Below, piece by piece: positions 1 through 8,045 of a DNA stretch of 22,587 nt (position 1 is the stretch's first letter; each line of letters starts with the position of its first letter). The notes under the pieces were generated by a model. That model had not been told where the DNA came from. It saw only the letters and a program-made list of their open reading frames with translations, and searched no databases. A program made the position numbers and the translations under genes. Location: the NCBI GenBank assembly GCA_044343545.1, contig JAWBZR010000012.1:1-22587 (forward strand), in the 5' to 3' direction. This stretch comes from Candidatus Aenigmatarchaeota archaeon (GTDB lineage: Archaea > Aenigmatarchaeota > Aenigmatarchaeia > CG10238-14).

Positions 1-417
1 ATAATCTGCTTTAATAGAAAACAACAAAGGATGAATGGTAACAGGATCAGAAATTAAATTTATAAAGTAAAAATTTGAGATGTCTTTTATTTCATCCAAA
101 ATTGGTATATAGCCGAAATATGTGGTTATGACAACATCTGGTTTTTCTTTACTCAACACATCTAAAATTTTTTTTCTGTATTTTGTGATGAAATAATTTT
201 TCACCATTTCACATATAATTTCATTCTTGCTTAGTTCGAACGGTATTTTTGTAAAAAAAGGTGCAAATCTATAAGAAAATTTGTAGAGATTCCAAAATTT
301 GTCATTCATTAAATCTATTATCTTTATTTCTACACCAGGCAGGTTTTCAAGAAAACTCTTGGCAGCTTCAGCAAGGCTTTTATGTCCGGTAATAGATGTA
401 AAAATTACTATTTTCAT
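1..417 (-). CDS. GT28-family glycosyltransferase, MGDG synthase/UgtP-like, N-terminal part (runs off the window)
   Basis: Not in the ORF track. Hand translation from ATG at 417 is open to position 1: MKIVIFTSITGHKSLAEAAKSFLE...IKIIDL...KEKPDVVITTYFGY...NLISDPVTIHPLLFSIKADY. The GH-x3-A-x-A, PD-x-V-I-x-T and D-x4-H motifs match the N-domain of MGDG synthase/UgtP enzymes. Confidence 0.75.
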   Translation of the reverse strand, partial: MKIVIFTSITGHKSLAEAAKSFLENLPGVEIKIIDLMNDKFWNLYKFSYRFAPFFTKIPFELSKNEIICEMVKNYFITKYRKKILDVLSKEKPDVVITTYFGYIPILDEIKDISNFYFINLISDPVTIHPLLFSIKADY

Positions 418-444
418 ATATAACTAAAAATTTTAATAAATGGT

Positions 445-481
445 TTTTTATTTATATTTTCACGTTAAATTAGAGAGGGTT
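445..481 (+). promoter_or_regulatory. Putative TATA box and SD for the pfdA operon, in a divergent intergenic region
   Basis: TTTATAT at 451-457, about 27-33 nt before ATG 484, and GAGGGT just upstream of the ATG. Confidence 0.4.
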
Positions 482-483
482 AT

Positions 484-900
484 ATGGCAAGTTTAAAAGA
501 AGCGCAAGAAAAAATAAACAAGTATCAACTTTTGAGCGAAAAATTAAGAGTTTTTAATAGTAGAAGAGAGGCTTTGATAAACAAGCTACTTGAAATTGAG
601 ACTTCCAGCGAATCTTTGAAAGAATGTATGTCATCAGAAAAAAAAGAAATACTCGTTCATCTTGGTGGCGGTGTTTTTGTTAACAGCCTTATTACTGACA
701 CAAGCAAAGTAATATTGAATGTAAGTAGAGATTTTGCAATAAAATTAGATGTTGAAAAAGCTAAAGAGATATTAGAAAAAAACAAAAAAACTTTGGAAAG
801 TGCCTTGGAAATGGTAGAAAATGAGATGATTTCCCTTCAAGATGAACTGGAAAAACTCGAACCAGAAATAAAAAGTTTTCTTGAAAAACAAAAAGAATAG
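484..900 (+). CDS. pfdA: Prefoldin subunit alpha
   Basis: 138 aa: coiled coil, beta-hairpin core ([12 protein letters not shown]...[23 protein letters not shown]), coiled coil. Lies directly upstream of ftsY as in many archaea. Confidence 0.92.
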   Translation: MASLKEAQEKINKYQLLSEKLRVFNSRREALINKLLEIETSSESLKECMSSEKKEILVHLGGGVFVNSLITDTSKVILNVSRDFAIKLDVEKAKEILEKNKKTLESALEMVENEMISLQDELEKLEPEIKSFLEKQKE

Positions 901-908
901 GTGTTTGC

Positions 909-1865
909 GTGTTTGATTTCTTGAAAAAAAAGCTCGATAATATTGTCAAGAAAGTGGTAGAAAAGGTAAAGGTTAAAAAGAAAGAGAATATTGCAGAAAA
1001 GATAATTAAAAAAGTTACAGAAGTTAAGGTTAGCGAAGAGCTATTGAAAGATGTTTTCGAAGATATGGAAATAGAACTCTTGGAAGCAGATGTGGCAGTA
1101 GAAGTTATTGAGAAAATAAAGGAAGAATTGAAGAAATCTCTGGTTGGAAAAAGTATAAAGAGGTCTAAGCTTGAGGAGGAAGTAAGGAAGTCATTGAAAA
1201 ATATTTTATTAGAAATATTGAGCGTTCCCAAGATTGATTTGAACGAAATGATAGAAACATCAAAAAAATCAAAAAAACCCCTTCTTTTACTATTTTTAGG
1301 TTTTAACGGCTCAGGTAAGACTACTACTCTTGCTAAAATTGCTTTTTGGTGTTTAAAAAGAAAATATAGTTGTGTTTTTGCCGCCGGTGACTCTTTTAGA
1401 GCAGCAAGCATAGAGCAACTAGAAGAGCATGCTTCAAAACTTAAAATAAACGTGATAAAGCATCATTATGGAGCTGACCCGACAGCAGTAATTTTTGATG
1501 CGGTGAAACATGCTCAAGCAAAAAACATAGATGTTGTTTTAGCTGATACAGCTGGAAGGGCACACACGAATAAGAATTTGATGGAACAACTTTCAAAAAT
1601 AGTAAGGGTAAACAAACCTGATTTAAAGATACTTGTACTTGATAGCATGACTGGTAATGATATAATCAACCAATGCAAGATGTTTGATGAAGCCGTGGGT
1701 GTTGATGCTATCATATTGACGAAAAATGATGTCATAAAAAAAGGAGGAAGCATTCTATCAGCTGCGTATATATTGAGAAAACCGATATTGTTCATAGGCA
1801 CTGGCCAAAAATACGAAGATTTGGAGGAATATGACCCTAAGAGTATTGTAGAAAAAATGATTTGA
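909..1865 (+). CDS. ftsY: SRP receptor FtsY (NG domain, no long acidic domain)
   Basis: GFNGSGKTTTLAK, DSFRAASIEQL, DTAGR and TKND SRP-GTPase motifs. GTG start with AGGTG SD at 899-903. Confidence 0.96.
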   Translation: MFDFLKKKLDNIVKKVVEKVKVKKKENIAEKIIKKVTEVKVSEELLKDVFEDMEIELLEADVAVEVIEKIKEELKKSLVGKSIKRSKLEEEVRKSLKNILLEILSVPKIDLNEMIETSKKSKKPLLLLFLGFNGSGKTTTLAKIAFWCLKRKYSCVFAAGDSFRAASIEQLEEHASKLKINVIKHHYGADPTAVIFDAVKHAQAKNIDVVLADTAGRAHTNKNLMEQLSKIVRVNKPDLKILVLDSMTGNDIINQCKMFDEAVGVDAIILTKNDVIKKGGSILSAAYILRKPILFIGTGQKYEDLEEYDPKSIVEKMI

Positions 1866-1909
1866 TTTAATATTTTTAATTGCACTTTCAATATCTAAAG
1901 GAGAGAAGA

Positions 1910-3226
1910 ATGATAGAAATAGGAAAGAAGATAACAAACCTTATAAGCCAGGTTTTAGGAAAGTCTTCGGTGGATAAAGAGGCCATAGAAACGTTGATAA
2001 GGGGACTACAAAGGCTGCTCCTTCAAGCCGACGTCGATGTGAAGTTGGTTCATGATTTATCAAACAATATAAGAAACAGATGTTTCAAGGAAAAAATACC
2101 TACTGGATTAACTTTGAGAGAACATGTAATGAAAGTTGTATATGAAGAACTTGTAAATCTTTTAGGTAAAGAAAAAACAGAAATCAAGGGAAGAAAGATA
2201 ATGTTATTGGGTTTATATGGCGTTGGCAAAACAACCACAGCTGGCAAGCTTGCACGTTATTTTCAAAAGCAAGGTAAAAAATCTGCCCTGATAGCATGTG
2301 ACTATCATAGACCTGCTGCCACGGAGCAATTAAGGCAAATAGCTGAAAAACTTAATGTACCTATACACATAGATAGCAATAACAATCCATTTAATGCGTT
2401 AAATGAAGGTTTAAATAAATTTAGAAATTATGATGTCGTGATCATCGATACTGCAGGAAGAGATACGCTTGATAAAGAGCTTTCAAAAGAATTAAAAAAA
2501 TTAGGCGAAATAGCAAAACCTGATGAAGTTCTTCTTGTAGTACCGGCCGACCTGGGTAGAATAGCTGGGCAACAAGCAGCAGAATTCAACAAGTTGGTTG
2601 GTATAACTGGCGTGATAGTCACTAAAATGGATGGCACGGCAAAAGGTGGTGCAGCATTGTCGTCTTGTTATGCTACAGGAGCGAAAGTAAAGTTTATTGG
2701 TGTGGGTGAAAAATTGGAAGAATTAGAAGAATATGATCCGGTTAGATTTGTTTCAAGAATACTTGGCATGGGTGATTTGCAAACGCTTATAGAGAAGATA
2801 AAACACTCTGAGCTTAAGGAAGAAGATGCCAAAAGAATAATTTCAGGTAAATTCACTTTAAAGGACTTTTACGAGCAAATCACGGGAATTCAAAAGATGG
2901 GTCCGCTCAAGGGAATAGTGGAAATGATACCTGGCTTGAGTTTTTCCTTACCCGAAGAAATAGTAAATCTGCAAGAAGAAAAACTGAGAAAATATAAATA
3001 TATCATAGATAGTATGACAAAAGAAGAAAGGGAGAATCCAGAAATTATTCACGCTTCGAGAATAAGAAGAATAGCTAAAGGGGCTGGTGTACAAGAAAAG
3101 GATGTTAGAGAATTGTTAAAGCATTACGAGCTTGTAAAGAAAGTAATAAAGAAGGTTGGTGGAGCAAGCTCGATAAAAAGAGGTCAGTTGGCAAAATTAG
3201 CAAAAAGATTTGGGTTAAAATTTTAA
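1910..3226 (+). CDS. srp54: Signal recognition particle protein Srp54/Ffh
   Basis: GLYGVGKTTT, DYHRPAA, DTAGR and TKMDG motifs, plus M domain (FTLKDF...KMGPL...IIDSMT...SRIRRIAKGAG). Start placed at ATG 1910 behind AGGAG rather than the TTG at 1880. Confidence 0.96.
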   Translation: MIEIGKKITNLISQVLGKSSVDKEAIETLIRGLQRLLLQADVDVKLVHDLSNNIRNRCFKEKIPTGLTLREHVMKVVYEELVNLLGKEKTEIKGRKIMLLGLYGVGKTTTAGKLARYFQKQGKKSALIACDYHRPAATEQLRQIAEKLNVPIHIDSNNNPFNALNEGLNKFRNYDVVIIDTAGRDTLDKELSKELKKLGEIAKPDEVLLVVPADLGRIAGQQAAEFNKLVGITGVIVTKMDGTAKGGAALSSCYATGAKVKFIGVGEKLEELEEYDPVRFVSRILGMGDLQTLIEKIKHSELKEEDAKRIISGKFTLKDFYEQITGIQKMGPLKGIVEMIPGLSFSLPEEIVNLQEEKLRKYKYIIDSMTKEERENPEIIHASRIRRIAKGAGVQEKDVRELLKHYELVKKVIKKVGGASSIKRGQLAKLAKRFGLKF

Positions 3227-3238
3227 ATTAATTAAATT

Positions 3239-3778
3239 ATGAGAGAATTTTTACTGAAATCGCATGCCTACACGGGTTATTTTTCTCTAAATAATTTACC
3301 TGGTGCTGGAAGAATGGATATAGTTTGCAGATGCGTCACGGCAAGTTTGTGGCTTTCACACGAATTGAGAAAAGATACGATATTTCATGCCTTGCTTTTG
3401 GGTCAACCCTCGCCTCCAAAACTTTTGAGTTTTGACCCGCAAAAAATGAAAAAAGTATATCCAGACGAAAGAAATGTTGCCTCACACATAAGGCTAGCTT
3501 TACAAGGAAAAAAGCAACCGGGAATCAAAGTTGAAAAAATAGGCTTGAGCGAGTTTCTGAGCAAGCAAGAAGAAAAACAAATAATAGTTCTCGATGTGAA
3601 TGGGAAAGATATAAGAAAATTTGAATTTGAAAAAGATGTTCTATTTATTTTAGGTGATGATAAGGGTTTAAATGAAGAAATAGAGGGTGAAAAAGTTTCG
3701 ATTGGCAAGAGAATTTATCTTGCATCACAAGTGATATCTGTAATTCAAAATGAACTTGATAGAAGGGAAGATGCATGA
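3239..3778 (+). CDS. trmY: tRNA (pseudouridine54-N1)-methyltransferase, SPOUT family
   Basis: N-terminal LNNLPGAGRMDIVCRC...LSHELRKD, PDERNVA, FILGDDKG and VSIG..YLASQVI..IQNELDR motifs. Adjacent to pus10. Confidence 0.92.
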   Translation: MREFLLKSHAYTGYFSLNNLPGAGRMDIVCRCVTASLWLSHELRKDTIFHALLLGQPSPPKLLSFDPQKMKKVYPDERNVASHIRLALQGKKQPGIKVEKIGLSEFLSKQEEKQIIVLDVNGKDIRKFEFEKDVLFILGDDKGLNEEIEGEKVSIGKRIYLASQVISVIQNELDRREDA

Positions 3779-4986
3779 AGTTGATAAATTTCTTGGAAGA
3801 AATTTTATCCGAAAATTATTTATGCGACCATTGCTTAGGCAGGCAAATAGCTTCCCTCTTGACAGGTTTTGATAACAAGAAAAGAGGTTTCGTGGCTCGG
3901 ATGTTTCTGGCAATTTTAGTGGAAAGCGGAGAAAAGATGAATATAAAGGAATCAAATTTTTATGGTATAAATTTCAGGTTTGCGAAAGTAAATGCAGAAA
4001 AGGAAGAATGCTACCTTTGTAAAGGCATTTTTGATGTTTTAGAAACTAAAGCAAAAAAAATCGTAAAGAAACTTGCTCCTTATGAGTTTGAAACGTTTCT
4101 TGTAGGCACCAACCCCCCAAACGAGTTAATGAAAAGGGAAGTTGAGTTTTGGGAAAAACATGGAATCGAATGGGCTGAATCGATAAACACGGAAATAAAC
4201 AGGGAATTGGGTAAGATTATTTCTCAACTTACCGGAAAAAAGTTGGATAGAAAGACGCCTGACATAACGATATTTTATGATTTTAACAAGAAAAGAATAA
4301 AGTTGTTAATAAGATCCATATTCATATTCGGCAGATATCAAAAGTTTTCAAGAAAAATGCCTCAATGTAGATGGAGGACAAGCATATATAAAAGATCTGT
4401 TCAAAGTGTGATAGAAAAACCCTTGATAAAACAAACAAAAGGGATAAAGACGAGTTTTCATGGTGAAGGCAGAGAAGATGTAGATGTTCGTTGCTTGGGT
4501 TGGAGACCTTTTGTTATAGAAGTTTTGGAGCCAAAAAGAAGAAAAGTAGATCTAAAAAAGCTTGCCGAAGAAATCAACAAATCAAGGTATGTAAAGGTAA
4601 AGGATTTAAAGATAGTGGATAGGCATGTCGTGAAAATGATAAAATCAGTAAAGCATGACAAGACATATAGGGCTATAGTAACTTTTGCCAAACCTGTAAA
4701 AGATCTTTCCAGGTTGAAAGAACTTAAAAACGCTATAATAAATCAACAAACGCCAATAAGGGTTTTACAAAGAAGGGCAGATAAATTGAGAAAGAGAAAA
4801 GTGAAAGATATAAAATATAAAAGGATTTCATCCAAAACCATAGAGATTATTATAAAAGCGCAGTCCGGTCTATACATCAAAGAGCTTATACATGGGGATA
4901 ATGGAAGGACTCGGCCGAACGTTCAAGAATTATTAAACAATAAAGTTAAAAATATTGAATTAGATGTAATAAAAATACACGAGTGA
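3775..4986 (+). CDS. pus10: tRNA pseudouridine(54/55) synthase Pus10
   Basis: LCDHCLGRQ and CYLC Zn ligands, catalytic GREDVDVR, QQTPIRVLQRRAD and GLYIKELIHGDNGRT. ATGA overlap with the trmY stop. Confidence 0.96.
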   Translation: MKLINFLEEILSENYLCDHCLGRQIASLLTGFDNKKRGFVARMFLAILVESGEKMNIKESNFYGINFRFAKVNAEKEECYLCKGIFDVLETKAKKIVKKLAPYEFETFLVGTNPPNELMKREVEFWEKHGIEWAESINTEINRELGKIISQLTGKKLDRKTPDITIFYDFNKKRIKLLIRSIFIFGRYQKFSRKMPQCRWRTSIYKRSVQSVIEKPLIKQTKGIKTSFHGEGREDVDVRCLGWRPFVIEVLEPKRRKVDLKKLAEEINKSRYVKVKDLKIVDRHVVKMIKSVKHDKTYRAIVTFAKPVKDLSRLKELKNAIINQQTPIRVLQRRADKLRKRKVKDIKYKRISSKTIEIIIKAQSGLYIKELIHGDNGRTRPNVQELLNNKVKNIELDVIKIHE

Positions 4987-4991
4987 AAAGA

Positions 4992-5276
4992 ATGGTTGTA
5001 AAATCAAAAGGTCCGAGAAGGAGAACGAGAAGGATATTAAGAAGGAGATTAAGAGAAAAGTTTACCGTTAATAGGTTTATGCAGAGCTTTGAGATTGGAG
5101 ACAGGGTTATGATAGATCTTGTCCCGAGTCAACCCAAAGGAAGACCTTTTAAACGATTTATAGGTAAGAGTGGTATAGTAATAGATAAAAGGGGGGACGC
5201 CTATATTATTTTAGTAAGGGATGGCGGAAAGGAGAAAAAAGTAATATCTCGACCTGAGCATTTAAAAGCTATATAA
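4992..5276 (+). CDS. rpl21e: 50S ribosomal protein L21e
   Basis: SKGPRRRTR..., F.IGDRV, KGRPFKRFIGKSG, RGDAY, DGGKEK...RPEHL. Conserved position between pus10 and rpoF. Alternative GTG start at 4983. Confidence 0.94.
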   Translation: MVVKSKGPRRRTRRILRRRLREKFTVNRFMQSFEIGDRVMIDLVPSQPKGRPFKRFIGKSGIVIDKRGDAYIILVRDGGKEKKVISRPEHLKAI

Positions 5277-5285
5277 GGTGAAAAA

Positions 5286-5612
5286 ATGGACGAAGTTTTA
5301 AAAGAAGTTTTGATTACTAATGCTGAAGCTCTCTCTCTACTTGAAAAGAGATCTAAAGAAAAAGAGTTGACATACGAACAAAAGAGTGCCTTGGAACATT
5401 TGAAAAAATACACTTTCTTAAGTGAAACTGAAGCAAAAGAAATGTTTCAAAAACTTTCAGAATTGGGCAAATTGACCGAAAGGCAAATTATAACTATAAT
5501 TAATTTGATGCCTAAAGATAGGGATGATTTGAGAGTGATATTAGACAAAGATTACAAGAATTTTTCTGATGAAGAAAAGGATAAGATTATTGCGATTGTG
5601 AAGAAAGCTTGA
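5286..5612 (+). CDS. rpoF: RNA polymerase subunit F (Rpo4)
   Basis: ELTYEQKSALEHL and IINLMPKDRDDLRVIL (Rpb4/HRDC-like). Synteny rpl21e-rpoF-DUF655. AGGTG SD. Confidence 0.92.
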   Translation: MDEVLKEVLITNAEALSLLEKRSKEKELTYEQKSALEHLKKYTFLSETEAKEMFQKLSELGKLTERQIITIINLMPKDRDDLRVILDKDYKNFSDEEKDKIIAIVKKA

Positions 5613-5626
5613 AGGGTGATTTTTCT

Positions 5627-6160
5627 ATGAAAGAAGATTATATAATAGTGTTAGATTTTCTTCCAACTGGACATCCCACAAGCAGAAAAATGGAGCCTAC
5701 TGTTCAAGGTATAGGGACAAAGTATTTTAACTTGCTTGAAGTCATACTAAAACCCGGAGAAACGGCAAAACCAGAGGAGAAATTGTATGTTGGCGAGGGT
5801 AAATGGGACAAAGTCAAACTAATAAAAGGAAGAATAAAGTATAATGATTTAACGAGTTTCGCAAAGCAAGAATTGGAAGTTGTGTTGGATAAGATGATAG
5901 ATGAAAATGAAAAAAGGTTTGTCGATTTTTTTAACAAGGCAGGTCCCTTGACGACAAGACTTCATAGCTTGGAATTGTTGCAAGGAATCGGAAAGAAGCA
6001 TATGTGGGCTATTTTGCAGGTGAGGAAAGAAAAACCTTTTGAAAGTTTTGAAGATTTGAAAAAGAGAGTGGAAATGTTACCCGAACCAAAAAAAATGATA
6101 AAGAAAAGAATAATTGATGAATTAAATGAAGTTGACAGGCATAGACTTTTCGTTTTCTAG
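5627..6160 (+). CDS. DUF655 family putative RNA-binding protein
   Basis: VLDFLPTGH, QGIGTKYFNLLE, FVDFFNKAGPLTTRLHSLELLQGIGKK and PFESFEDL (HhH). ATG 5627 behind GGGTGA SD. Conserved synteny after rpoF. Confidence 0.92.
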   Translation: MKEDYIIVLDFLPTGHPTSRKMEPTVQGIGTKYFNLLEVILKPGETAKPEEKLYVGEGKWDKVKLIKGRIKYNDLTSFAKQELEVVLDKMIDENEKRFVDFFNKAGPLTTRLHSLELLQGIGKKHMWAILQVRKEKPFESFEDLKKRVEMLPEPKKMIKKRIIDELNEVDRHRLFVF

Positions 6161-6174
6161 ACGATTTGATGAAA

Positions 6175-6249
6175 TAGCGAGGGGAAGATTTGAACTTCCG
6201 ACCTCTGGGTTATGAGCCCAGCGAGCACTCCAGGCTGCTCTACCTCGCT
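6175..6249 (-). tRNA. Initiator tRNA-Met(CAU), no intron, CCA not encoded
   Basis: Reverse complement AGCGAGG-TA-GAGC-AGCCTGGAGT-GCTC-G-CTGGG-CTCATAA-CCCAG-AGGTC-GGAAG-TTCAAAT-CTTCC-CCTCGCT-A. A1-U72, three G-C pairs closing the anticodon stem and A11-U24 are archaeal initiator hallmarks. Confidence 0.96.
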
Positions 6250-6273
6250 ATATCTATATTATCAAAAAAATTT

Positions 6274-7329
6274 TTACTTAAATTTCTTTCTCTTTAACAA
6301 CCTAATATAAACTTTTCTTCCCCTGCTTCCTCTTCTATCTTCTTTCGTCGCCAACAATCCTATCTCTCTTAACCTTTTTATGTGCTCAGAAAAAGCTACT
6401 CGACTTACTTGCTCGAAAGTATTGGTGTACTTTTCCCACAATTCACTCGATGTGTAAGTTTTACCATCGCTCAAAATTTCTACTATTCTCTTTTCAACGC
6501 CATCCAAATTATCTCTCATTATCTGCATCTTTAGAGACTTTACATCCTTTAATATCATCTTCACGTGCTCCACTTTAAGTTTGTCGCTGTTTTGCTCTTC
6601 AGCTATCCTACTTGCTTTTCTCAAACATTCCAAACCGACCCTCACGTCACCTCCTCTACTTATTGCATGATTCGCGCAAAGCAACACAACTCCCTCCTCT
6701 ACTGGTTCTTTAAAAGCGAGCTTGCATCTCTCATTTAAAATATCTTTCATCTCCATCAGGTTATATGGCTTAAATTCTATTTCAGCCAAGCTCAAACTAC
6801 TAGCTATTCTAGGCTCAACTTTTGCCAATATATTTCTGAAATTTGAAATCAATATCACGCAAACAGGTAATTGAGTATATTGCTCTATTCTTACCAAATC
6901 ATAGAGTGCACGTTGATCTTTCGTGATTAGTTGATCTACCTCGTCCAAACAAACTATCATGCCTTTTTTAAGTTTGCTTAGTATTTCGATGAGCTTTTCT
7001 AATATTTCGTCTTTCGCTAAACCTCTTCTTGGTATAGGATAATTCAAACTTAAAATTATTTTGGTCAAGAGTGCTGACGCGGTGTTGTAATTCCAGGTGT
7101 TTATGTATATTGTATGTACACCAGAATATTCGCTAAATTGTTTAAAAACAAACTTTACACATGCCGTTTTACCTATGCCAGGTGGACCATAGATAAAAAT
7201 GTTGTCTGTTTTTTTCCCTCGCGACACGACTTCGATAATTTTTGCCAACTCTTGAATTTGCGTTTCTCTATGAGGAAGAATTTCAGGCAAGTATTCCGCT
7301 GACAATGCCTCTTCATTTTTAAAAAGCAT
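6274..7329 (-). CDS. cdc6: Orc1/Cdc6 family AAA+ replication initiator
   Basis: Y.PE.LPHRE.QI, Walker A GPPGIGKT, Walker B CLDEVD, RIASSL, FKPY, GDVRVGL sensor and C-terminal winged helix. Start placed at ATG 7329 (ORF track extends to 7356). Confidence 0.93.
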   Translation of the reverse strand: MLFKNEEALSAEYLPEILPHRETQIQELAKIIEVVSRGKKTDNIFIYGPPGIGKTACVKFVFKQFSEYSGVHTIYINTWNYNTASALLTKIILSLNYPIPRRGLAKDEILEKLIEILSKLKKGMIVCLDEVDQLITKDQRALYDLVRIEQYTQLPVCVILISNFRNILAKVEPRIASSLSLAEIEFKPYNLMEMKDILNERCKLAFKEPVEEGVVLLCANHAISRGGDVRVGLECLRKASRIAEEQNSDKLKVEHVKMILKDVKSLKMQIMRDNLDGVEKRIVEILSDGKTYTSSELWEKYTNTFEQVSRVAFSEHIKRLREIGLLATKEDRRGSRGRKVYIRLLKRKKFK

Positions 7330-7361
7330 AAAAATTATTTTCTTTAAAGAAAACAAAAAAA

Positions 7362-8045
7362 TTACTCTAAAGAAAAATACAGCCTTCTATTTAATTTTCC
7401 CTTATTCTCAAATCTTGTTATCTTTATTTTTCCTATTTCTTTTAAATCTGCAACGTGCACGCCGCCATCTGGCTGCCTATCTATACCTATGTCCACTATC
7501 CTCCACACATCAATATTTGGCGGCATAGCAGCTGCCATTTTTATCATATCAGGCTGTTTCAACACCTCTTCTCTTTTCATGAAATATATTTTTACTTTGC
7601 CTCCTCTTTCGATTACTTTATTAGCTTCATCTGCATACCTTAATATTTTTTCTCTATCCAAAACTTCCATGTTAAAATCCATTCTTGACTCTTCATAACC
7701 TAATTGATTACCCGTAACAAGCAAACCTTCTTTTGACATCAAACCTATAAGAACATGAGCTGCCGTATGCATTCTCATTATCTTGTATCTTTTTTCCCAA
7801 TCCAACCTTCCATGAACTTTATCTCCGACTTTAAATGGATTTTCCTTCAATATATGAGCTACATCATCATCTATTTTTATGCTATCTATCACCTCCACGT
7901 CATCAAGCCAACCCACATCTCCTGGCAAACCTCCTCCCCTTCCATTGAAAGCTGTTTGATCAAGAAAAACTTTGTCTCCGTCAACTTTCACGACCGTCGC
8001 ATCAAACTCTCTTATATAAGCGTCTTCCCAAAAAAGCTTTCTCAT
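7362..8045 (-). CDS. alaX: Alanyl-tRNA editing protein AlaX (AlaX-M type)
   Basis: LDQTAF..GGG..GD.G N-domain, LDWEKRYKIMRMHTAAH and DGGVHV..L.EIG, ENKGK.NRR.Y. ATGA overlap with the lysS stop. Confidence 0.93.
   Translation of the reverse strand: MRKLFWEDAYIREFDATVVKVDGDKVFLDQTAFNGRGGGLPGDVGWLDDVEVIDSIKIDDDVAHILKENPFKVGDKVHGRLDWEKRYKIMRMHTAAHVLIGLMSKEGLLVTGNQLGYEESRMDFNMEVLDREKILRYADEANKVIERGGKVKIYFMKREEVLKQPDMIKMAAAMPPNIDVWRIVDIGIDRQPDGGVHVADLKEIGKIKITRFENKGKLNRRLYFSLE

Noticed and set aside
761..1411. 216-aa minus-strand ORF, and similar antisense ORFs such as 1514-1891, 7755-8450, 8447-8890, 10937-11305 and 11966-12529
   Set aside because: They lie antisense to well-supported genes and have the Ser/Phe/Ile-rich composition expected from the reverse strand of Lys/Glu-rich genes. 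No recognisable motifs.
6250..7361. Replication origin next to cdc6
   Set aside because: The flanking gaps are only about 24 and 32 bp, with no ORB-like repeats (G-string) and no room for an unwinding element.
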